From Malacoraja senta (lineage: Eukaryota): a stretch of DNA of 64,000 bases. The notes beneath the pieces were generated by a model. The model made no database searches. It saw only the letters and a program-made list of their open reading frames with translations, and was not told the origin of the DNA. The stretch spans positions 5,024,001 to 5,088,000 of the forward strand of contig CM075996.1 in assembly GCA_038087875.1 (NCBI GenBank). The letters are read 5' to 3'. Made by a program: the position numbers and the translations under genes. Below, piece by piece: positions 13,231 through 26,293 of this stretch (position 1 is the stretch's first letter; each line of letters opens with the position of its first letter).

Positions 13231-13938
13231 AGTGGACTGGAGGTGATTTTTTTTTATATTAAATGGGTGCGCAGACCTTTTTGCAAAAAAATAAAATCCA
13301 TTTTTTCCCCTTATTCCAGGAGGTAAAACATAATGCAATTGCGCGTTGTTTCCATCTGTTTAATAATTTTGCATTATGATAATTTTTCACTAAAGGAACT
13401 ACATTTTTTCCTCCCTACATAGCAGTACACTTAATATCTATTTTTTTCTTCTTCTGTAGAATATACTCAATTGAACTCCATCTCTGAAATAAATGTATTG
13501 GGTTGTGATTGTACTCACTAACGTCCTTTTCCAATAAGGAAAAAAACATGGATAAAGGAATGATGGAAGCAAAAAAAATCCATTAAATAGGAATTGTAGA
13601 TACTGTATCTCCAATTTAGAGTCGAGCAATAAAAATATTACAATATTATTTCAAAAGTATATTTTAATTTCCTTTTAAAACACAATGCAATGAAAACACA
13701 GAACTAAACTGACTGCCATACACAGTTTTTCTGTTGGTATGTATGTATTATTCTCACACTTATGGAGATATGGTGATAAAACCCTATCCAGGCATACCAT
13801 ACATGAATACGTCAAGGTCGTGCAAAAGAAGAAAAAAGTCCAGAATATAGTGGTGCAGCCACATAGAAAATGCAGATTAAACAAAGTGCCACGTGGTAGA
13901 TTGGAAGATCGGGAATTTATCCTTAGGATAGGAGATGG

Positions 13939-14155
13939 ACACAAAACGCTGGAGTAACTAGCAGGTCAGGCAGCATCTCTGGAGAAAAGGAATAGGTGAC
14001 GTTTCGGGTTGAGACCCTTGTTCAGAGTCTGAGGAAGCGTCTTGCCCCGAAACGTCACCTATTCCTTTTCTTCAGAGATGCTGCCTGCCCGCTGAGTTAC
14101 TCCAGCTTTTTGTGTCCATCTTCGGTTAACACCAGCATCTGCAGTTCCTTCCTAC
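13939..14155. repeat. Inverted (palindromic) pair of Penelope-type terminal units
   Basis: CTGGAGTAACT...GGTGACGTTTCGGG...TTCAGA followed by its reverse complement TCTGA...CCCGAAACGTCACC...AGTTACTCCAG. Confidence 0.75.
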
Positions 14156-14169
14156 ACACGTAGGATTTG

Positions 14170-17100
14170 AGCGATCTGTTCAAAAGTGATAACGGGACAA
14201 AGCTGTTGCTGAATCTGAGGGTACATGCTTTCAAGCTTTTATAATCTTCTGCCTGACCAGGAGAAGGGAGAAGAGAGAATGACCAGGGTGTGAGTGGTTC
14301 TTGTTATGATTATGTTGGCTGCTTTCCCAAGGTAATGTGTAGTATAGATCGGGTCAATGGAATATGGTAAAGGTAGGTTTGCACGATGGACTGAGATGTG
14401 TTTACTGCAATTTCTTGCCACCAGCTGTGATGCATCTGGATCGGATGCTTTTTATGGTGAATCCGTAGAAATTGGTAAGAGTTGTTGGAAAATATGCCAA
14501 ATTTCTTGAGCCTTATGAGGAAGAAGCATTGGCATGCTTTCTTGGCCATAGTATCAATGTGTTGGACCAGGACAAATGGTTAGTGATGTTTGCACCTAGG
14601 AACATTAAGCTCTTGACCATCTTCACTCCAGCTCCATCGATGCAGACTGGCACGTGTACTCCACTCTGCTTCCTGAAGTCAATGACCAGCTTCTTCATTT
14701 TGCTAACATTGAGGGAGAGTATGTTGTCTTGAAACCATGCGACTGAGCTATCTTCCTTCTTCCTGTACTCTTCCTCGTCATTGTTTGAGATCTGGCCCAC
14801 TACCGTTGCTGTCATCTGCAAACCTGTAAATGGAGTTAGAGCTGTATTTGGCTGCATTGTCATGAGTTTACAGGGAGAACAGTAAAGGGCTGAATACTCT
14901 GCCTTGTGGTGCACTGATGTTCTGAATTATCACAGAGGATGTTTTGTCGCCTATCCTCACTGATTGCGATCTCTAAGTTAGGAAGTCAAGGATCCAGTAC
15001 TAAAGGGAGTGCCGAGTCCTTGGTCCAAGAATTTGGAGATGAGTTTGATTAGAATTATGGTGTTGAATGTGAACCTAATGTCAATAGTCAAGAGGGTGGG
15101 TGGTGAGTTTATGGAACAAGCCAGAGGAAATAGTTCAGGCAGGTACAGTAACAGCATTTAAAATACATTTTGATAGGTGCATGGATAGGAAAGGTTATGA
15201 GCCAATCAAGTCAGGTGGGAGAAGCATAGATGGGGCATCTTGGTCAGCATGGGACATTCGATATTATATGACTAGGGTGGTATATGACTAATATTCGATA
15301 TTCGGGCGGCATGGTGGTGCAGCGGTAGAGCTACTGCCTTACAGCACCAGAGACCCGGGTTCGACTGACTACGTGTGCTATCTGTACAGAGTTTGTACGT
15401 TCTCCCTGTGACCTGCGTGGGTTTCCTCCGAGATCTTCATTTTCCTCCCACACTTCAAAGACATACTGGTTTGTATGTTAATTGGCTTGGTAAAGAGTGT
15501 AAAATTGTCTCTAGTGTGTGCGGGGTAGTGCTAATGTGAGGGGATCGCTGGTTGGTGTGGACCTGATGGGCTGAAGGGCCTGTTTCCCTGCTGTATCTCT
15601 AAACTAAACTAGACCCTGACACCAAATAGGCGTCTGACCTGGGTGTCCTTGTTATTCAAATGTTACAGGGATGAGCGCAATGCCAGGATGGCATCTGATG
15701 TGAACCTGTTGCGGGGGTAGGTGAATTGCAGTGGTTCAAAGGCAGCCTGGAGGCTGGACTTCATGCACGTTGTGACACTCCTCTCAAAGCACTTCATGAT
15801 GGTGAATGTCAGCCACCGGATTGTGGCCGTTAAGGCATGCAACTTTATTTTTCTTTAACACTGGGATGATGGCAGTGGTCTTAAAGGAGGTGAGAACCTC
15901 AGATTGGAGTAGGCAGAAGATAAAGATGGCTGCAAATACTCCTGCCAGCTGGTCCATGCAGAACCTGAGGACACGGCCAGGGACTCCGTAAAAAATTATT
16001 GATTGTTGAAATTACTTATTTTTGATGTCCCCACCCTGTTAAATTATTTTCTGTGCCAGTGTTTCCTAATAGAGTCAAAGTGGTACAGAGTGGAAACAGG
16101 CCCTTTAGCCCAACTTGCCCACACCTGCCAACATGTCCCAGTTACACTAGTCCCACCTGCCTGTTTGGTCCACATCCCTCCAAACCTGTCCTATCCATGC
16201 ACCTGTCTAACTGTTTCTTAAACGTTGAGTCCCTGCCTCAACTGCCTCCTCTGGCAGCTTGTTCCATACACCCCCCACCCTTTGTGTGAAAAAGTTACCC
16301 CTCAGATCCCTATTACATTTTTTCCCCTTCTCCTTAAACCTATGTCCTCTGGCCCTCGATTCACCTACCCTGGGCGAGAAACTCTGTGCATTTATCCAAT
16401 CTATTCTTATGATTTTAAACACCTTGCGAGCCTTCCACAATCAACATGTGTCTGTGTGGTTAGTCTGGACCTCCAGCTTGGTTTGAAATTGTCGCCTGGC
16501 ATTCTTGATGGCTTTGGGATCAGTTCAACACCCGAGATTGGGTCTTCATTAGGGAGTAAGTCTCATGGTTCATTCATGGTTCATCCACAGATTGAGCTGT
16601 CTGGCACGCAGGCCTTCGCACGCTTATCGATGAAGTCTGTCACAACAGTGGCATTCCCAATTAAGACAAAGTGCTGGAATAACTCAGTGGGTCAGGCAGC
16701 ATCGCTGGAGAACATCTCCGGAGAACGTTTTGGGATGGGACCCACCTTCAGACTGATTGTAGGAGGAGGGAGAAAACTGGAAGAGAGGTGGGGGTCAGGA
16801 TAAACCCTGGGAAGTGATAGGTGGAAACATGAGGGGGGGGGGGTATAGATGATTGGCACATGGTTGGATAATGGCCAGAGATGAAAAGACAAAAAGTGTG
16901 AGATAAGGAGATAAGGATGGAAGTGTGAAATATGAAGCCAGAGGAAGAAATACAGGTGGAAGAAGAGCAGGGAAAGAGAAAGGAAGAGATGGATGCACAT
17001 CCAGGTGGGGCACAGGGAAGAGAGGGGGGGGGGGAAGAGGGAGGAAAAAAGTAGCAAGGGGGTTGTTTATCTAAAATTGGAGAATTCAATGTTCATAACA

Positions 17101-17755
17101 TTGGGTTGAAGGCTAACCCAAGTGGAATATGAGGTGCTGTTCCTCCAGTTTGCCTGTTGAATCACTCTGGAAATGGAGGAGGCTCAGAAAAGAAAGGTCA
17201 GTATGAGAACGGGAGGGGGAGTGAGAAGGGTCCCGACTCGAAACGTCACTTATCCATGTTCTCCAGAGGTGCTGCCTGACCTGCTGAGTGACTCCAGCAC
17301 TTTGTGTCTCTTTTTGGTAAACCAGCGTTTGCAGTCCTTTTAGTTTTACGGCACGTCCGTTTAGTTTGGCCACCGAGTCCTTGAAATTGGAGCAGTCCAC
17401 CAACTCGAAGCAGTCACACGTGTTTCCCCAGAGAGTGCAAGACGACTCTCTGTACCAGATCCTCACCTTCAGTTTCTGACTGTAAGCAGGGAGTAGGAGC
17501 ACAGGCAGATGGTCAGATTATCTACCATGTGGGTGGAGGATGGAACAGTAGATGTATTTGATGGTGTGTATCAGTGGGCCTCTGGTGGGACAGGAGATGT
17601 GTTGATGGTATTTTGATCGCACACCCTTGAGGTTGGTCTGCTTGAAGTCCCGGCTTTGGTGAACAATGCCTTTGGGTACTTTGCTTCAAGGCTTACTCAT
17701 GCCCAGCTAGAGGACCAGACCAACCACACAGACACACGTCGATAGTGGAAGGCTC
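14170..17755 (-). mobile_element. Fragmented Rex1/Babar-like non-LTR retrotransposon interrupted by SINE, CR1 and Penelope pieces
   Basis: Degenerate RT peptide VVGQISNNDEEEYR...WFQDNILSLNVSKMKKLVIDFRK (14513-14914). Further collinear pieces at ~15612-15990, ~16420-16660 and ~17340-17755. Confidence 0.65.
15304..15610 (+). mobile_element. HE1-like tRNA-derived V-SINE
   Basis: tRNA-like head GGCGGCATGGTGGTGCAGCGGTAGAG...GGTTCGA, V-domain GAGTTTGTACGTTCTCCCTGTGACC, tail GGGCCTGTTTCC...TAAACTAAACT. Confidence 0.8.
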
Positions 17756-18007
17756 GTAAGGTGTATAAAATCATGAGAGGAATAGATCAGGTGGATGTTC
17801 AGAGTCTCATGCCCAGAGTAGGCAAATCGAGGACCAGAGGACATAGGTTTAAGGTGAAGGGGGAAAAAAAAATTATAGGAATCCGAGGGGTAACTTTTTC
17901 ACACAAAGGGCAGTGGGTGTATGGAACAAGCTGCCAGAGGAGGTAGTCGAGGCTGGGACTATCCCAACGTTTAAGAAACAATTGTGCACTCAGTATAAGC
18001 TTCACGC

Positions 18008-18465
18008 CCATGCAGGAGTAGGCCATTCGGCCCTTCGAGCCAGCACCGCCATTCAATGTGATCATGGCTGATCATCCCCAATCAGTACCCCGTTCCTGCC
18101 TTCTCCCCATATCCCCTGACTCCGCTATCTTTAAGAGCCCTATCTAGCTCTCTCTTGAAAGCATCCAGAGAACCTGCCTCCACTGCCCTCTGAGGCAGAG
18201 AATTCTACAGACTCACCACTCTCTGTGAGAAAAAGTGTTTCCTCGTCTCCGTTCTAAATGGCTTACTCCTTATTCTTAAACTGTGGCCCCTGGGTCTGGA
18301 CTCCCCCAACTTCGGGAACATGTTTCCTGCCTCTAGCGTGTCCAAGCCCTTAACAATCTTATATGTTTCAATGAGATTCCCTCTCATCCTTCTAAACTCC
18401 AGAGTGTACAAGCCCAGCTGCTCCATTCTCTCAGCATATGACGGCCCCGTCATCCCGGGAATTAA
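18008..18465 (-). mobile_element. CR1 LINE 3' fragment
   Basis: Peptide SYAERMEQLGLYTLEFRRMRGNLIETYKIVKGLD. Confidence 0.85.
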
Positions 18466-20257
18466 CATTGATTGGCAGAATAACATTCGCGCTGCAGGTA
18501 GTAGGACCACTTCTATATTACATATTCCAGGGAGCAGGACCTCACCAATACCACCATGTCCAAGCACCACGAGCCATTGATTATGAAGCAGTCGCCTCTG
18601 TCTCCGCAGTCTGAAGAAGCTTCCCGGCCCAAAACATCACCTATCCATGTCTCATATCCAAAAGATGCTGCCTGATCCACTGGGATACTCCAGCACTCTG
18701 TGTCCCTCTGCCTCTTACCTTGCCCGACAACACCACTGATCTGGGATTATACGAGGAATCTACATGAAACATCATGGAAAGGTGAGCCGAGTGAATAGAC
18801 AGTCTACGCAGACTTGTTTAACTCAACTCAATTAGGAGAATCAGAGATTAATTAGCCTTTGTTTGGAAAAAGATAGGCAAAAAATAGCAGCGTCGTTTCC
18901 AATCCTAGCTGGGGATGAGCAATCACTGCGGGAAGTGGACTTTGTGTGTACATCAGCCCCGGGTTCACACTAAGATGCTGTGTGCTTGACAAGCCCCTGA
19001 TATAAAAGCTGGTGGGTGAGCAATGGCCACGATGTAGATGGAATTGTCTGTCATCTCGGAAATGATGCCTTCAGGAACAATCTGGTGAGGAAAAGATTTA
19101 AAAAGGGAACATTAATCTGGAGTGGTCACCTTGGACAACAAATATTGATAGGTATTAATAGAGGTGATGATAGCGAGAGTAATAATAAATAGAAGGGCGA
19201 GTATAAACAATTAATATTATAGCATTGCATTGAATTCCCCAATTTTAGGTAACCTCTAACTAAACCCCCTCCCCCCCCATATTTTTCTGCCAAAACCCTC
19301 TCTTCCACTCTCTCTCCTCCTCCCCCCCCCCCTCCCCACCCTGCTACTCGGGCCATACCTGGACTTTGACTTATTTCTTCCCTTCCCTCCCCCCCCCCCA
19401 CTCCCCTCCCTGCTACTTTCCTCCCCTGGCTTTACAATCCCCCGCTCATCAAACCTGCCTCACACCCAATGTTCTTTCCACTGGCCTTCTGCCAGTCGAA
19501 AACCCCTTTGCCTCTGTTGAGCTACTACAGGTCATGCTGTGTCTTGTCTCCCCTCACACCTCTACAATCAGTCTGAAGAAAGATCTCGAGCGGAAACGTT
19601 ACCTATTCATGTTCTCCAGAAATGCTGCCTGATCTGCTGAGTTACTCCAGCACTTTATGTCCTTTTGTGTAGGGACCAGCATCTACAGTTCCTCGTTTCT
19701 ACATTCTAGTATTACAATTAACAGCACAGGCCCAAATGTGAAAGTAAATCTATAGACTCATGTCCCAGACTGATCCGTCCCTTCACCTCTTTCTGCCAGC
19801 TACCTCCCCTCTACTCCATCATACTGAAGAACGATCCTGATTCACAATGTCATCGGTTCTTTTCTGTCCACAGATGCTGCCTGACCCACTGTGTTCTTCC
19901 AGTAGTCTCTTGTGTCTCCTGTATGACCATGTCCATAATGGTAATAGTGGTGTTTAAATAATGTATTATCATGAGCAAAAGAATATCAAAATGTATTCTA
20001 GTTGGGAAAACTAGCATGCCCCATTACCTGCACCTAGTCCTCACTATAAGACAGGGATGCAACCATCTACCCCTAATTCAACCAGGCTATCATTATTTAC
20101 ATCCTGTACCATTGATCTCAATACAAACAGCAAGCTTCAACAGACGTTACTTGGCCTGATATTATCAAAAAAGATAAAAATTCATGTTAAAATAACATAT
20201 TCAAGATGAACCATCAAACCATATATTAGATCACAATGACAACCCTATGTCACTTTA

Positions 20258-20866
20258 AAGATAGACAAAAGTGCTGGAGAAACTCAGCGGGTGCAGCAGC
20301 ATCTATGGAGCAAAGGAAATAGGCAACGTTTTTGGCCAAAACCCTTCTTCAGACTGATTTAGAGTTGGGGGGGTGGGGAGAAGAAAGGAGAAAGGAAGAG
20401 GAGGAGCCCGAGGGCTGAGGGAGAGCTGAGAAGGGGAGGAGACAGCAAGGGCTACCGGAAATTGGAGAAGTCAATGTACAAGCCGCTAGGGTGCAGACTG
20501 CCCAAGTGGAATATGAGGTGCTGCTCCTCCAATTTCCGGTGGTGCTCACTCTGGCCATGGAGGGGGCCCAGGGCAGAGAGGTCGGATTCGGAATGGGAGG
20601 GGGAGTTGAAGTGCTGAGCCACAGGGCGATCAGGTTGGTTAATGCGGACCGAGCGGAGGTGTTCGGCAAAACGATCGCCAAGCCTACGCTTGGTCTCACT
20701 GATGTAGATCAGCTGACATCTAGAGCAGCAGATGCAATAGATGAGGTTGGAGGAGGTGCAGGTGAACCTCTGTCGCACCTGGAACGGCTGCTTGGGTCCT
20801 TGAATGGAGTCGAGGGGGGAGGTAAAGCGACAAGTGTAGCATCTCTTGCGGTTGCAAGGGAAAGTG
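20258..20866 (-). mobile_element. Penelope-like element 3' remnant: GIY-YIG endonuclease plus terminal unit
   Basis: ORF 20452-20778 FTCTSSNLIYCICCSRCQLIYISETKRRLGDRFAEH...VAQHFN...EQHLIFHLGSLHPSG is a PLE GIY-YIG domain. It is followed on the same strand by the CTGAAGA...AAACGTT unit. Confidence 0.85.
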
Positions 20867-23800
20867 CCCTATGTCATTTTAAATGGGTGCCATGTAGTTT
20901 AGAGATCAAGTTAACAACTTCTAGCACTGAGGAGTTTTTTTTTAAATACAAGGTTTAAAAACAGAAGATCCCAGTTTTCAGTTTGATCAATTTATTAATG
21001 GTGACCCAGTGAATTGGCAGATGAATATGAATCTAAAATTAGCAATAATTTTGAAAGGATTGGGCGGCATAATGGCGTAGCTGACGAGCTACTGCCTCAC
21101 AGCACCAGAGACCTGGGTTCGATCCTGACCTGGGGTGTTGTTTGTGCGGAGATTGCAAGTTCACCCTGTGACTGCTGTTAGTTTAGTTTAATTTTGAGAT
21201 ACAGCACGGAAACAGGCCCATCGGCCCATCGAGTCCATGCCAACCCACACATTATCACTATCCTACACACACGAGGGACCATTTTACACATACACTAAGT
21301 CAACATACCTGTACGTCTTTGGAGTAATTGGCCTCTATAAAATTGACTCTAGTGTGTATGGAGTGGATGAGAAAGCGAGATAAAACAGAACGCGTGTGAA
21401 CAGGTGATCGACGGTCTGCGTGGACTCGGTGCGTTGGAGGACCTATTTCCATGCTGCATCTCTAAACATGAACAAAAATAAAACATGAAATTAAATACTG
21501 GTACCCGATTCTCTTCAAACGGGTCTCAATAATAATTCATACAACCTGAGAGGAGCAAACACACGGTGAGGTTGAATGGCTATAATTAATCTAACATTTT
21601 ATTTCCAAGATTCATCAACGTACTGCTACAAGATTTCGTATTGAGATATCAAACAGTCAAATGCCAGAAACGTTTAAACTTTGAACAATCTCAGGTGAAG
21701 AAGCTTCTTAAGGGAGGCGAGAATCTGTTACTGATCCTGATCGCTATCCAGTAATTCAGCACTAGAAAATCTACTCATTGACGTGTACACAGTTCTAGAT
21801 CTGTACCGTTTGATGCACACGAAGGGAAAATAATCTTCCAAGTGTGTCACACATAAAGATCTCTGTCCATTTCTCCCGGTTCCCTTTCCCCTGATTCCCA
21901 GTCTGAAAAAGGGTCTCGACCCGAAGCCTCACCTATTCCTTTTCTCCAGAGATGCTGTCTGACCCGCTGACTTACTCCAGCCTTTTGTGTCTATCTTCAG
22001 TTTAAACCAGCATCTGCAGTTCCTTCCTACACGTAAAGAAGTGTTGTTTGGGTGAAATACCAAGAGAACACAACAGTTGCATACAGCTCTGGTAAGACCA
22101 CATCTGGAGTATTGTGTACAGTTTTGGTCTCCTTCAACCAACAGTTGACTATTATTGAAGTCAAAAGTATCTGTTTAATAATTAGTAGCTAAAATTGCGA
22201 TATATACATGATATGTTATAATGAAATATATAGGGTAGAATTGTATTATATATCTGAATGTGAGGCCCCGTTTTAATATTTTAATATGTTATGATTAACC
22301 AAGAGAGCGGAGCTATTTGTTTAACATCACAATGGAAGTCGAAACAAGGTTTTTTCCCACCTACAGGTGGGCCACTTGCTACAGTGCCGACTATATTAGA
22401 CACTGTATTTTCACTTTTTTAATTTTTTTGTTATTACCACATAAACTCACATGTTTGTGTTTTGTGTTTAGTGATAAGCGTAAAATGGATATACCAACAA
22501 AACTTAGAAATTCAAAAGTTCCCCCAATACCCAAAGACCTGGGATATGGATGCACCACAAGATTTAAAGGTACTATAATTATTCAAAATGCAAGATGCTA
22601 AACAAAAGAACCTAGGAGGAATCTTATTCTGTAGTTGGAATATAAGAGGTATTAACGAACCTATTAAAAGGGGTAAGATACTAGTTCAGCTGAAACTGTA
22701 CAACTCTGACATTATCTTCTTACAAGAAACTCATTTAAAATCTCAGGATCAAGCTAGGTTGAGGGCGAAATGGATAGGTCAAACATACCATTCTTCATTT
22801 ACTTCGAAATCTAGAGGTACGTCAATCATTATAAGAAAAGGTATACCATTTAAAGCAAAGAATATCATAACAGACATCGAAGGGAGATACTTAATAGTTA
22901 ATGGAGAAATTCATGATACTTCAATTATCTTGGTAAATATATATGCGCCTAACTTTGACAACCCTCATTTTTTAAATAAAATTTTGAACATAATTGCAGA
23001 GTCTAACTATCAAAATGTTATAATAGGAGGAGACTTTAACTGTGTTTTAGATCCGTATTTAGATAAATCAAGCCAAAAACAGAGAGGGAATATGAAATCT
23101 AAAACTGGTGAACTTCTCAATACTTACATAAACAATACTAATATAGCAGATGTTTGGAGAATTGTTAATCCAACTGGCAGGGAATACTCGTTTTATTCAA
23201 TGGTACACAAAACATACTCGCGTATAGATTATTTCCTGCTGGATACAAAATTAATCCCCCATACTTTTAACCCAACATACCATACAAATTCGAATTCAGA
23301 CCATTCTCCACTAACTTTCTTTTTAAAACTGGAAGGAATGTCTAAGAATAAATCGTTTTGGAGATTTAATTCTCAAATCCTAAAAGATCCACAAGCGAGT
23401 ATATATTTAAAAGAACAAATGGATGCCTTTTTTCAAATAAATGACACTCCAGATATATCGTCTACTGTATTATGGGAATCTTTTAAAGCATACATTAGGG
23501 GTATTATAATTTCATATCAAGCTTTTCAAAATAAAAAGAATAAGAATGAACAAAGACAGTTAGAAGAACTTATTAGACAAATGGATATAGATAATGCTAA
23601 AGATCCATCAATAGATAAACATAATAAAATAATAATTTTGAAATTTAAATTAAATAAACTATTATCAGCCAAACTTATAAGACTTTTTCAAATTACAAAA
23701 CAAGAGCACTTTGAATTTGGGGATAAACCGCATAAACCTTTGGCTCGCCAGCTAAAAAAACGAGAAAAATAACATACTATCCCAAAGATTAAATCAGATA

Positions 23801-24677
23801 AAGGGGAATTATTAACCACACCGAAGGATATTAATAAAAGATTTGCGCAATTTTATGAGAATTTGTATACATCTAAAACGACAATTGATTCCAATAAAAT
23901 CATAGAGTTTTTGGATAATTGTAATCTTCCAAAGTTAGAGTTGAAGGAACAAGAGGAATTGGGTGCACAAATCTCAATTAAGGAATTAGAAGATACAATA
24001 AACTCACTAAAGAATGGAAAAACACCAGGTCCTGATGGATGTACTAATGAATTTTATAAAAGCTTCTATGATAAAATTATACCAAGATTACAAAAAATGT
24101 ACCAATATGCTTTTAAAAAACAAATACTACCTGATACATTAGCGGAATCAACGATTACACTAATACTTAAGAAAGACAAAGATTTAGAAGAACCGGGTTC
24201 ATATAGAGCTATAGCATTGTTAAACACAGATTAAAAAATATTAGCGAAAACATTAGCTAGAAGATTAAGTAAATATATTAGTAAATTAATAAACCCAGAT
24301 CAGACGGGGTTTATCCCTAAGAGATACTCATCTAACAATATGAGACATTTACTCAACATAATGCACTCACACAAATCTGAAGAACAAGAATTATCAATTA
24401 TTTCGCTGGATGCTGAAAAAGCATTTGACCAAGTAGAATGGAATTATATGGATAAAGTATTACAAAAATTCCAACTGGGAGAGAATTTTATTCTATGGAT
24501 TAAATTATTATATAATAAACCTACAGCTAGAATATTAACTAATAACATATTATCCTCGAAATTCCAACTATCAAGGGGAAATAGACAAGGATGCTCATTA
24601 TCACCACAGTTGTTTGCTCTTATTATTGAACCGCTAGCAGAAAAAAATTAGAATACACCCTGATATCCATGGGTATA

Positions 24678-26293
24678 CAGTGGCTTGCAAAAGTATTCAT
24701 ACCCCTTGAACTTTTCCACATTTTGTCACGTTACAACCACAAACGTAAATGTATTTTATTGGGATTTTATGTGATAGACCAACACAAAGTGGCGCATAAT
24801 TGTGAAGTGGAAGGAAAATGTTACATGGTTTGCAAATTTTTTTACAAATAAAAAACTGAAAAGTGTCGCGTGCAAAAGTATTCAGCCCCCCTGAGTCAAT
24901 ACTTTGTAGAACCACCTTTCGCTGCAATTACAGCTGCAAGTCTTTTGGGGTATGTCTCTACCAGCTTTGCACATCTAGAGACTGAAATTTTTGCCCATTC
25001 TTCTTTGCAAAATAGCTCAAGCTCAGTCAGATTGGATGGAGAGTGTCTGTGAACAGCAATTTTCAAGTCTTGCCAGAGATTCTCAATTGGATTTAGGTCT
25101 GGACTTTGACTGGGCCATTCTAACACATGAATATGCTTTGATCTAAACCATTCCATTGTAGCTCTGGCTGTATGTTTAGGGTCGTTGTCCTGCTGGAAGG
25201 TGAACCTCCGCCCCAGTCTCAAGTCTTTTGCAGACTCTAACAGGTTTTCTTCCAAGATTGCCCTGTATTTGGCTCCATCCATCTTCCCATCAACTCTGAC
25301 CAGCTTCCCTGTCCCTGCTGAAGAAAAGCATCCCCACAGCATGATGCTGCCACCACCATGTTTCACAGTGGGGATGGTGTGTTCAGGGTGATGTGCAGTG
25401 TTAGGTTTCCGCCACACATAGCATTTTGCATTTAGGCCAAAAACTTCAATTTTGGTCTCATCTGACCAGAGCACCTTCTTCCACATGTTTGCTGTGTCAC
25501 CCACATGGCTTGTGGCAAACTGCAAACGGGACTTCCTATGGCTTTTTTTCAACAATGGCTTTCTTCTTGCCACTCTTCCATAAAGGCCCGATTTGTGGAG
25601 TGCACGACTAATAGTTGCCCTGTGGACAGATTCTCCCACCTGAGCTGTGGATCTCTGCAGCTCCTCCAGAGTTACTATGGGCCTCTTGGCTGCTTCTCTG
25701 ATCAATGCTCTCCTTGCCCGGCCTGTCAGTTTAGGTGGATGGCCATGTCTTGGTAGGTTTGCAGTTGTGCCATACTCTTTCTATTTTCGGATAATGGATT
25801 GAACAGTGCTCCGTGAGATGTTCAAAGCTTGGGATATTTATTATAACCTAACCATGCTTTAAACTTCTCCACAACTTTATCCCTGACCTGTCTGGTGTGT
25901 TCCTTGGGCTTCATGATGCTGTTTGTTCACTAATGTTCTCTAACAAACCTCTGAGGCCTTCACAGAACAGCTGTATTTATACTGAGATTAGATTACACAC
26001 AAGTGGACCCTATTTACTAATTAGGCGACTTCTGAAGGCAATTGGTTGCACTGGATTTTATTTAGGGGTATCAATGTAAAGGGGGCTGAATACTTTTGCA
26101 CGCGACACTTTTCAGTTTTTTATTTGTAAAAAAATTTGAAAATCATGTATCATTTTCCTTCCACTTCACAATTATGCGCCACTTTGTGTTGGTCTATCAC
26201 ATAAAATCCCAATAAAATAAATTTACGTTTGTGGTTGTAACGTGACAAAATGTGGAAAAGTTTAAGGGGTATGAATACTTTTGCAAGCCACTG
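24678..26293 (-). mobile_element. Full-length Tc1-family DNA transposon (IR/DR type)
   Basis: TA|CAGTGGCTTGCAAAAGTATTCA...TGAATACTTTTGCAAGCCACTG|TA. ~210-bp inverted repeats with an internal direct repeat GCAAAAGTATTCA. 1616 bp long. Confidence 0.97.
24896..25914 (-). pseudogene. Tc1 DD34E transposase, N-terminally disabled
   Basis: Starts MKPKEHTRQVRDKVVEKF at 25914. Frameshift near 25840 and in-frame TAG near 25782. The remainder is open, with [14 protein letters not shown] and SPDLNPIE (34 residues between D and E). Confidence 0.92.

Noticed and set aside
12427..13338. Overlapping 137-210 aa ORFs in the CpG island
   Set aside because: Low-complexity products of promoter/5' UTR sequence with no recognisable domain.
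15304..15380. tRNA-like sequences at SINE heads
   Set aside because: They continue into the V-domain and LINE-derived tail, so they are SINE heads rather than tRNA genes.
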